A DNA stretch of 64,000 nucleotides. Source: Nageia nagi (taxonomy: Eukaryota > Plantae > Pinophyta). The stretch spans positions 9,858,001-9,922,000 of the forward strand of contig JBITNC010000002.1 of NCBI GenBank assembly GCA_050084985.1, read 5' to 3'. Below the pieces are notes generated by a model. The model saw only the letters and a program-made list of their open reading frames with translations. It was not told where the DNA came from and searched no databases. The position numbers and the translations under genes were made by a program. Every line of letters starts with the position of its first letter. The stretch's first letter is position 1. This document shows, piece after piece, positions 13,454 through 24,515 of the stretch.

Positions 13454-15278
13454 TGTTGGACTTTGAGTGATACGGAGAGGGGGGGTGAATCAGTGTATAT
13501 AAAAATAATCAATTTAAGCTTCGTAAATAAAGATAGATTAAAAGCCAGAGAAAAATTGAGCAAGCACACCAAGTACATCACACAACACCAGATATAACGA
13601 GGTTCACTAGATTGGCTACATCTCCGAACATGACTGCTTGGACTCCAATCCAAATCCAGTCATTAAAGAAAGCTTACAGATTCATAGCACCAACTATGAA
13701 GGGTAGCACCAACTACCACTTTAAATATAGCAGCACCTACTACTTGGAGGACCAACTCCAGCTATCAAGCACCTACTTGATACAACATTCAAAAAGGAGG
13801 AAGGAATACAGTTCTAGAAGACCCTCAATGGTCTAGCTCTAATGCTCATTGTTTGATCTCTACACACAGCTCCAATGTAACACAGTTAAATAATCACTAT
13901 CCTCTCTACATATTCATTTGCTCACTTCACATACTCCGGATACTCCCCTCTTCCATGCTCTTCCCTCTCCACTACACACTACACTATTCACCCTTCTCTC
14001 CATGCTCGTATTTCACACCTTCTTCGATCAACTCTTCACATACATTCCTACAAATTGTTACACATTAAGAAAACCCCTCACGAAACTATTCCTGTCATCA
14101 CACGTTATCAAAAACAAACTGAAAAGGAATCTTTATTTGTAATTGCTCCTGCACTAAGAGAGTTCACTATCTGAGACTACAACTGCTGTAACTGATGAAT
14201 GCACCTCTTGCTCAAATAGAGTTGTTTAGACAAGTGTAGCTCTTTCTCCACTAATTTCAAAGATTTGATAGTATCTGATTTTTAGTTCTGAGGTATCTAC
14301 ATGGCCTACTAGCTTACCAGATGTTTATTGTATTCACCATGATGTCATCATCTTTGGACTCTAGAAGAGAGTTCCAAGGTATCTGTGTGGCATTCTAGAC
14401 TTTTCAACACCAATTGCTGACATCATCTTCTTTGGACTCCGGACGTAGAGTAAAATGCTTCCTGCGATGTCCACACCATGATGTCATCATCTTCGGACTC
14501 CGAAAGAGAGTTCCAAGTTATCTACGTGGCCTTTTGGACTTTTCAACACCAACTGCTAACGTCATCTTCTCGCTTTCGGAATGCTCTACTCACTTTCTCT
14601 GGAACCCAGTTTTTTCACAATTGAGCTTTTATCATTTCATTTTGGAATGCTTAATCTATTGACTCTGGCCTTTTTAATCACCCCTTACTGACCTCATCCT
14701 CTCTAAAACCCAGTTTCATTCAAAAATGTGAACGTTGTTCTTCCCGTGATGTCATCTCTTCCCTCTAGAATGTTTTACTCATTGGCACCAGCTATTTGAT
14801 CGCTCCTTGCTGACCTCATCACTTCCAGGCTTTGGTTTTGGGTTAAGGCCTGAAATTGCTGACATCATTTCTTTCGAAGTGCTTTATTTACTCACCCTGG
14901 CTTTTCAATTCACCTTGCTAACTTCATCACTTTCAGAACCTGGTCTAGAATGCTTTATTTACTAACCCCAGCTTTTCAATTCTCCTTGCTAACTTCATCA
15001 CTTCCAGAACCCAGTCCAGAATGCTTTATTTACTAACCTTGGCTTTTCAATTCTCCTTGCTGACTTCATCACTTCCAAAACCTGATCCGAAATGCTTTAT
15101 TTACTAACCCCAGCTTTTCAATTTTCCTTGCTGACTTCATCACTTCTAGAACCTGATCTGGAATGCTTTATTTACTAACCCCAGCTTTTCAATTCTTCTT
15201 GCTGACTTCATCTCTTCTGAAACCCGGTCTTTACCAAAACCACATGTTGACAACAATGACAAACACACATGCTCAACA
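13454..15278 (-). repeat. 5' LTR of the copia element
   Basis: Direct repeat of 6318-8143, adjacent to the PBS, followed by TSD ATGTT. Confidence 0.96.
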
Positions 15279-15414
15279 ATGTTTTGGATATGAAAACTCC
15301 ATAATACCATGAGGAAAATGCTCCAAATACTACCAAATCATGAGAACTTATCAAATTCTCACTCTAATGATATTTTTCCTTCATTATACATGATCCATTA
15401 CAGATCAATCTTGG

Positions 15415-15746
15415 TTTTGAACATTAAGTTATAGGGATCCTAGTATAGATGTTACCTTGAGTGTGAACATGCCATCCCTAATGCGAGCATAGATGATAGC
15501 ATGGATGTGGGTCATTTTATCTCATCTATCTAAAAGGTTCACAATTCTAAGATATGAATTGTTGATAAGTTTTGATGTACATATAACTTCAATCATCAAG
15601 GTAAGGTGATATTTATTTATATTTAGAAATCTCTTTCTTAATAAGGTTGGCTATTTCTCAAATAGATTTGATCTAATAATCTAAGTATTTATATTTAAAC
15701 ATATTATACACATTGGAATATTATTAATATTATTAGAAATTATTGA
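15415..15746. repeat. Outer part of the right inverted-repeat arm (matches 984-1315 reversed)
   Basis: AATATTATTAGAAATTATTGA (15726-15746) vs TCAATTATTTCTAATAATATT (984-1004); AAATCTCTTTCT vs AGAAAGAGATTT; collinear over ~330 bp. Confidence 0.75.
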
Positions 15747-16190
15747 ATGTTAATGTTTGTTTAGTTTTTACTTAGGTTAATCTTAGAGGCAACCAAAAAA
15801 ATTCAACACTCATATCACTTCTTCTATTCTTTTTTTTTTTTAATATTACAAATCTAACTTCAAAAAACTAAGGATTGTTAATATACTAATTTTAAAATTA
15901 TAAATCTTAAGTTCTTCCTATAACCATTTTTAGCTAACAGAATGCATGATATGACTAGCTTTTTTTGAGAAGGTATGAGAATATCCTTTGTGACTTGAAT
16001 GTTAAGGTTGATTTTGTTGTAGAATTTATCAATAGTGCAATATACCATAGAAACATGAGGTACATTATTATAGTATGATATATTTGAATTTGGATTTGAA
16101 GAATGAAATCTTCAATTTATTTAATGAATAATGTTATTTTTTAATTTTTTTGAATTATGTTGTCTGTGGACTTTGATAGGGAATAATGAA

Positions 16191-16390
16191 CATTTTTTGG
16201 AAATGATTAATTTTATTTACATGTACCTTGGATGATTCTTGTTTGATTAATATTTCCTTTTTTAAGTTCTCCTTTCACTTAGATGGTGAACAGTTTTTGG
16301 AAATGATTAATTTTATTTACATGTACCTTGGATGATGCTTGTTTGATTAATATTTCCTTTTTTAAGTTCTCCTTTCACTTAGATGGTGAA
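16191..16390. repeat. Near-perfect 100-bp tandem duplication
   Basis: 16191-16290 equals 16291-16390 with 2 mismatches; TGAA microhomology at the junctions. Confidence 0.95.
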
Positions 16391-16957
16391 AAAGATTTTT
16401 TTTTTTTTAGAAAAAGAGATATGGCTTATGATTATGTAGAAGGATTTGGATGTCCTTAAAGGCTTGATATTTTGAACTATGAGCTTTTGCAATATTTTCT
16501 TACTTGATAAGGATTAATCATGCCATGCAATCTACATAGTTTACATTAAGGTGTTTACTTAGTTATCTAATGTTTTACTCATAACAAGGGTATCATCATG
16601 AAACCATACTTGATAGATATTGAAGTTTTTAATGGTATTGTAACCAAAATTAATACAATAACATTAAGAATATCAAATTCAATCCCATAAACTTATAAAG
16701 TATGAAAATAATCTTAAAATAGTAAAAATTATAATAAACTTCAAAAGAAATATTAAATACAATAAAAAATAAAAACTGCATTTGATATTGGATATTAAAT
16801 ACCATAACAAATTAAGCCATAAAAGGTTTGCTATATATTTTTAACATTATATTAGAAGTGGATTAATTTTGAACCACATGATAAAAAAATGAGGATATTA
16901 GGATGCCTAAGTGTATCAAGGTCCAAAACAATGGTGATGTATAATCAGGCCAACTCT

Positions 16958-16961
<4 letters not shown>

Positions 16962-17028
<67 letters not shown>
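16962..17028. repeat. (AT)n microsatellite, about 33 units
   Basis: Uninterrupted ATAT run. Confidence 0.99.
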
Positions 17029-17029
<1 letters not shown>

Positions 17030-17348
17030 CTCTATTTGAACAACTAAAGATATCATCTATATTAGGTAAATACATGATATATGAATTTTGTATGGTGAGG
17101 TGGATGTTTGGAAGGGGAATGTAAGTGTGATATGTAATGAAATTTATTTGTCTTAGATTAGAGCTCCAAGTTTGAATACAAATTATAACACACTCTTAAG
17201 ACCTAATGCCAAACTAAACCATTTAGCCTATCAAAGGTTTGTTATTTAATGGAGGCTATATGAAGTGAATGGATAATATGAATATGAACATATGTAGGTG
17301 CATATGATAAAATGTAACCCTAAATTAAATTTAAGTATGATATAAATA

Positions 17349-20300
17349 CAAGGCAGAGGATGGGGTAGACATAAAGGTGCTATTTTAAAGCTTAACCTCC
17401 TAAGAAGAAGTGGGTCCAAGGGTAGGTGACTCACTAGTAATGTTCATTAGTGAAAGGACTCAAGTCACCTATTCATATTGCCATGCTAGACCATAATTAT
17501 CTATGAATAATCACTCAAGTCCTATTTTAGTAGACTCTTTCAAAATTATCCCAAATTATTAGTTGAAGGGCCTCCATCTCTTAACTAATGGTGAATAGTG
17601 TCGATCCTTTTATGAAGATTTGAAGGAAAGTGGGTTTTCCTAGAATATGCACTAGATCTCTAACTTGTCAGTACCAATAGAGAATAGGACATCATCTCAA
17701 GGTCCCATTTTGGACTCCTAATAACTCTCATCATAAGCCATCCTAGCCCATTTTTCCCTTCAAGCATGATAAGAAATATCAGAGAATGAAGAATGATGAG
17801 AGGCACTTATTCCCATATTTTTCAAGGGTGGCAAGAGTTTGGAAAAAATAATTTTAGCTATGAGTATACAAAAAGTTACATTGTGAAGAAGTGAATAAGA
17901 AGTGTTTTAGAGCTATGAAGATGGGAGGTGACTTGGTAAGAGTAGATCCTTCTTCACCAGATCAGGTTAAGAGTAACCCTCTAGTGTGGAACATAATATA
18001 TGAGGGAGGACTAGAGAACTTTATTAATGCATGCAGAGGGTATGATGATAGGATTTCTCTAGAAGTAGAAAGATCATGGAAGAATATTAGGTGCAAGGTT
18101 AATGTAAGGGAGGTTGTTTTATTCTTAAGTAGATAGTAAAGGCTATCATGCTTCCAAATGAAAGTTTAGAGATTAGAAGAGAGGGTAAATTGAACAAAAT
18201 TGAGGCCAAAAACAAATTTTTGCTAAAACTGCTAAAATCTAAAGAACTTAAGAAATATCAAATAGGGGTGGTGTGATAATTTATCCCCAAACCTTAGAAT
18301 GATGTGGCTTCTGTACTGATAAAATATGTAACATTAGAAGGGAGATACAAAGTTCTTCTTACATCATATTTTTTTCTTACTGAATGACTTCATCTTTCCA
18401 AAGATAGATAAGGTAAACTTCACCTTTTTTTATCTTCAATTCCTTGGTAATTTTGATTGACAAGTTTAAATAAGAGCGAGCCCCTTTACCGCTACATGGA
18501 GTTATTATCAAATTAGTAGTAGAAAGAGCTTTTGCTATGGCTCCTAGAAAAGTTCCTAGAGTAAAAGTCATTGTTGATGGTAAAGTTTGTGAATCTAGTA
18601 ATAAGGAAGTGGGAGAAGTCTCAAATAAGGGTAGAACACTAGTAAATAATAGCTAGGAGGTTAAAGAAAAGAAATAGATCTCCAGCATAGGTCTTTATCT
18701 AACACAACAACATAGAAGAAGCCTAAAAATATCTTACGAGAAAGTCATGGAAAAGGAGACCTCTACTAGAAAGTCCACCCAATTTATGGATAGTGAAGAA
18801 TCATCACAAAGTGAATACCAAGAGGAAGCTAAGGTGATTTATACCATTATGATAATTGGAGCTAAATGGGGGAAGAAAGGAGGAATAATCAATGTTAAGA
18901 ACACAAAAAAGGATATTGTAGCCTCTAAGAGAAGGAAGATCATGTGCAAGTGCAAGGGTCAGATAAAAGTTAGAGTTAAAGAAATGAAATGCATGGAAGA
19001 AAGGATAATTTATAGTCTACTAGAAAAGAAGGAATCAAGAAGAAGAAACAAACTAAAAAGAAAACTTATCTTGGATAAGGACATGTCAAGTGATGAGGTT
19101 TTAGTAGGAATAGGCACCAGAAAAGAAATAGAGCTAGAAGTAAAAACTATTGATAGGTCTTAAGAATATAAGACACTAATTATAAAGGATATGGAGTGTG
19201 TTGAACCTCCCAAAGAGGAGGAGAGAATTCCTAATCCTTTGATTAATAAACCTCATAAGATCCCACTAGATGCTATACATCAATAAGAACTCCTCTATGC
19301 TTCACAGGAAAATAGTAATTCTTCAAAAATCAAAAGTAGATAGGGGGTTTCAAGAAAATGTAACAATTTCATTGATGGTGGGTCTAAGCTAGTAGGCCCA
19401 TAATAGAAGACTTAGATAGGTAGCCAACAAGTGGTAACAGAAGATAACCCAATAAAAAGTGGGGGCATGGTAAATTTAATTAGGAGGTCTTAGAGGCTAA
19501 GAGACCTATTCTCTTCAACAACCATGAATTCCATACAAGAAGGAGCAATTTCATAGTAGAATGCAACAAATTTTCCAAGATTTCAAGTAGTAAATTTGGA
19601 AGGCAAACACACCCTATATAGTTTAAGATAAGAAATATTAGTGAGACTCTCAAGAGCTAGGACCAAGACATTTTGATGATATAGGAAAAGAAGAAGACCA
19701 TAGATAATCCTAACCAAGTAGACAACTAGACCAAAGGTAAATTAGCCAAAGAAACAAGGCTAAACATCCCAAAAATGGGAAGTAAAGGGATCTTAGTAGG
19801 CTTAAAGAAAGCTATGAGCCCTACACTACAAAAGGATATGCTCAAAGAGGCCAAGCTCAAAAGAAGAGCAAAAAGTATGAAGTATGAAGAGGTTGGGAAG
19901 CATATAGGTCTCAAAGAGATTCTACTCAAGAAGACCTACATCATATTGTATAAGTTCATCTATGAAGAAATGATTTAGAACCTACTAAAGATAAAACCTT
20001 TTGATGCTTTTAGGTAGTTGACCATATATTTTATACTTTTTTTATTAGGCTTTCAGAATTCAGTACTCCTATATATATATATGGATGTGTAGCAATTAAT
20101 GTACAGTATCCTAAAAAGATAATCTTGGTGGAAAATCCTATCTAAGTAGTTTTGTAATTTTGAAGAAATTCATAGTATCTTAGTCATATCAAGTTTATAT
20201 AAATCTTTTAGTTGGTGTTTTCTTGTTCTAGTAAGGATAATTCAACATAAAGAAAATTATTTCAAAGAAGCTTCTTTTGTAAAGGTTATTGAAGACCCTT

Positions 20301-20353
20301 ACAAACTTCACCTTCTTTTTATTAATACAAAATTTACTTGTTAATAAAAAAAA
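17349..20353 (+). mobile_element. Non-autonomous non-LTR (LINE-mobilised) retroposon with one degenerate ORF and no RT or endonuclease
   Basis: A-tail at 20346-20353; candidate 16-bp TSD AAGTATGATATAAATA (17333-17348) / AAGTATGATAGAAACA (20352-20367), 14/16; stem-loop at 20276-20305. Confidence 0.7.
17921..19978 (+). pseudogene. Degenerate ORF: N-terminal uncharacterised retroelement-associated domain followed by a long K/E/S-rich tail
   Basis: MGGDLVRVDPSSPDQVKSNPLVW...FINACRGYD...KP*NDVASVLIKYVTLEGRYKVL...PLPLHGVIIKLVV; aligns by eye with 57090-57700. Confidence 0.65.
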
Positions 20354-20899
20354 GTATGATAGAAACATATTTTCATTGATTAACAAGTAAAGTAATCTTC
20401 ATGATTACTCAATAACTAATAGAAATAACTTGGAAAAATAGTGATAATAGAGCTGAGAGAATAAGATAGCAATGAATGATAAAAGTGCAATATCATAATC
20501 TATGAGATATGAATGATAAATACTTGTGCACTTACCTAGCTAATATTTGAATAATAGTATGTGATTGATTATATACTTAAGAACAATTTGAAGGCATATA
20601 TGTAGATCAAATGCACTTCTATCTACCAACCCTAGGGTTGGGACTCCTTTATATTTATAAAACCAACTCCAAGTCTTAATGTGTAAAATAAAGTAATGAT
20701 GAATAACTCTTAAGTGTAATAGATTCTAATCTTAATAGTTGGTATTGATAAGTATTGATAAGCTTTTGAGAGATATGCATAGCCCTTTTGAGAGGAAGTT
20801 TTGATCATCTTCCCATGCATATAATTCTCTATTTATATGCTTAGTGTTGAATTTTTAATAAAATTGTTAACCTATTGATCAATAGGGCTCATTTCTACA

Positions 20900-22900
20900 A
20901 TTAAAACATTATATTCCTACTTAAAATAAACCAAAATATTAATATAGAATGCAAAGTGATAAACTCTTAATTTAAGTAATGGGTATCTTCAATTATAATG
21001 AATGAGGAGTACAATTTGCTAGGGCATAGAGATACAAGTTTTTCCTATTAATTATTCTAACTCTTTTATTTATCTACTTTACTATGTATTATCTCATATC
21101 TTTTTCATATTCACCATAGTCTTTATAAGTCACTCTCTCATGTCATTTTAGGAGAGGTATTTGGTTTTTGGTATGACATTCTTTTATAATTGATTTTGAT
21201 TCATTAAGTTTGACTAATCTCTTTTGTTGGCTTCCTTGATTAGTTAAATAACTTTGTTCCATTCTTGTATAATCATGGTTATTTTTGTTTCCTTTAGTTT
21301 TCTTGATTAGAGAAATACATCACCAACTATTTATGAATTTTTATTTTAAATTATCTCCTACTAATATCTGCCTTAACTTAGAACTAAGCCTCATCCTCGA
21401 ACATTCTAACTTTTAATTTTCTCATATTTTGAGTAACATGATGCCAACTTCTAGATTTGTTTCTGGTCATTTAAGTTGATGATTATTTATTCTATCTATT
21501 AAATCAAATTTTTTGAATGATCCATATCTATTTCTTTGATTTGGGTGAATAGGATTCAAATCATAAGTCTACACAAAGTAATTACTCAAATTATAAATAA
21601 CTTTAATTTTCAATAATCATTCCACAATCCATATGACTTTATGTGATTATTCAAGAAATTTAATAGGTATGAGTCTACAATTATTTTAGAACTAAGTATT
21701 TATGGTGTGATCTAGAATTATTTATGGGTTCATCAAGGCTATTGTAAAAATATTCTTCTAACTAATTCTATCTCTAATTCTTCCTCCAGGAATATTTGTT
21801 AAGCATTTATTTCAATGAATAGATATCTTCATTCTAGAACTTGATTTTCCAAACATAAAAATTTCTTCATTTGAATAAATCTTTGACTATTTTAGCTTAG
21901 ATGTCACAAGGAAGGTCCAAAACCTTCACTAAATCTAATGAGGTGCTTGTACACAATGTCAATCTCTGATGATTATTTATTTCTTTAGACTTATTCAATT
22001 TCTTCCATAGTATGATGCTATGTTTTAAGGATATTTTTTCAATATCTTTTGAAGGGTATCTTTTTCATTCTATTTTATGTTCTCAAAAATTATTTTTCTT
22101 CATTTCTTCTAACACTTAATGTATAATTTATTACAAATTTTATCTTGTAGTTATAGACCAACCATCTTTCTAGAAGGTGTTCTATCACCTTTTGTAACTT
22201 TGATTCATGTATAATGATGAATTGGATCATATATCCTAACTCATCTTAGATTCATAGTATAAAAATACAATTGAGTAAGAACCAAGGTGGTCCATATGGC
22301 CATGATAAGAAAATGAACTCACTGATCTTAAATTGTAATTTCTTCTCTAATAACATATAGTGTACATCAATTAAGGTGAGAAAATTCTCTCCTTTTATCT
22401 TAATTCTCCATCCTAAAGAATTTATTTTATCAAATATTTCTTGAATAATCAAACTCTATAATTGTATGGGGATGCTAATAAACTACAAATATTTCTTAAT
22501 AAATAAGTAAAAAGTTCTTATAGATTACAATCCTCCTCAATTATTTATAGAAGAATTTTGGGGTGAACTATGTCATGGGGAAGCAACTATTATTTTGGGG
22601 TGTTTCCTAGGTGGTTGTTTCTTATTTCTAGCATTAGCTTTTTTAAGAAGTCTCCCTCCATTTTTTTCTAATATTTTCCTTATATACCCTCTTCTTTAAT
22701 GGTTCTTTTCTTTGAGTTATATTAATTTGTTTAACTATTCTTTGTTTGTTATTGCTAATCTCTAAATTTTTATTGTTTGGCTTTAATTTAGCATTTTAGC
22801 TTCTTATTCCTTTTATCTACTTTTTTTCTATTTTTCTTTTTATCTTCAACTCCAATCATCATACAAATTAAAAAACAAAAGATCTATTCTTGGTTTCATT
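20900..22900 (-). pseudogene. Highly decayed Ty3/gypsy pol remnant
   Basis: Protease-like RIKIKGENFLTLID in ORF 22252-22452; the rest is barely readable. Confidence 0.35.
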
Positions 22901-23053
22901 TATTTTGTTGATAAAAAAGAGATACATCATATTTTATATTTGCTAATGAATGACTTTACAATATTTAACCATGTTAGGATACATATGATTTTTATATACT
23001 TTTCTTCATTTTGAACTAGAAAAAAAACTAATTTTCTCCTACTACCTTAACAT

Positions 23054-24515
23054 TGTGACATCCCATTTGAGCCAATGATAAATTATATCATGACCACTTT
23101 GTAATCTATAGTTAGTTCATGTGCATAGTGTGATTGTGCAACTTAAGGCAAAAGCTTATGGTCCTATGGACCCCACTGTGAGCCCAGAAATGGGACATCT
23201 TCCCTTGAGTAGTAATATGTGATATCATGTATGGGTAATCCTAGATTGTGGGAATCCCAATGTAGTGTTCTTATGTATGGGTAATCCCAGATTATGGGAA
23301 TCCTAATGTAGTGTTTTTATATGTGGGTAATATTAGATTATGGGAATCCTTGTGGCATCCCCTTTTAGAAGATAAATTTCACCATAGGTCTTGGAGAGAT
23401 GATATGATTTTTTCTTTGGATAGGGAATCTCATGGGAAATGTTTTGATAGGTCACATGACATGGTTTCATCAAGAAACAAAGGAGTTATGGTCTCTTGAA
23501 GTTTGCCATTCAGACTCTTCTTCCACCTTATGGCTGCCCATGAAAATCTATAAATAACACCATATTGAATCCTTGAAATGTGATGTACCACTCCTTGGGA
23601 TGTGAGTATGTTGTGATGTGTATTCAATGCATGTATCAATAGTAATGGGACCATTTTTCTAAGTTATGATGCATGATTACAAGGCATTGCATATCTAGAC
23701 ATTGGATCTTGTGATTATGAGTATCCCTAGGAAACATTGGAATAAAGAGGCATGCACATGATTCCTAGGTGATATCTAAGAGGGACTATATATTGAGGAT
23801 GAGGCTCCATTATGATATTACCACTTATTATACATTTTCTTATACCAGATCTTATCAGGCTTTCACATCTTGGCAATGTCAAGCAATATTCCTAGATGAT
23901 GTTTAAAGGAGTGACAAGGTTGGGAGCCTAACATTCTATGGCTTAGGTGGGTAACCTAGCCTATTTGATGGTATTTCAAAGGTGAGATTCTACCTTCATT
24001 GGTTACTAGGGTTTGAGGAGACTCCTTCATAGAAGAGGATTTAGATGCTGAGGGAGTTAGTCTTTCTCATTACATGTTCGACTTAAGGAGGGTTTGGAAT
24101 CCTAGATATAAGTGTTGTAATATACATTGTATTCCATTTTCATTCCATAATAAAATACATATCATTGTGTATCTCATCATTGTGTTGTTCCATTATGTGC
24201 ATGTGTTGTGATATACTAGTGTTAGAAGCTTGTGTTGGCTTCATTTTGTTATGTGTACCCATCATTAGTATTTTGGTGTTGTCCATTATTGTTGTAAAGC
24301 ATTCATGGGGTTTTCAGAGTGTTGGAGAAGCCCTAGGGGATGAAATCAGCATTGGGTGGATCTCATTTGGTGTTATGTGTTTTCAGGAGCCCTAGGAGGC
24401 CCACCTTTGTGTGTTGAGGTGTTTATGTGCCCTAGAGGGAAATCATTGGGTGTTTGAGGTTTGTAGAAGCCCTAGCTTGGGTTATTTTTATTGAGGGTGA
24501 ATCTAGAATATTACA
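23054..24515 (+). repeat. 5' LTR (contains ~47-bp tandem repeats at ~23225-23350)
   Basis: Direct repeat of 27311-28765; visibly more diverged than the copia LTR pair. Confidence 0.9.

Larger units (their letters stand above)
6318..15278 (-). mobile_element. Full-length Ty1/copia LTR retrotransposon, SIRE/Maximus (Sirevirus)-like, without env-like ORF
   Basis: Two ~1825-bp LTRs with TG...CA ends; 5-bp TSD ATGTT (6313-6317 and 15279-15283); tRNA-Met PBS; gag-PR-INT-RT-RH order; four AGGGGGAG PPT copies; C-rich ATTCACCCCCCCTCT near the LTR 3' end. Confidence 0.96.
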
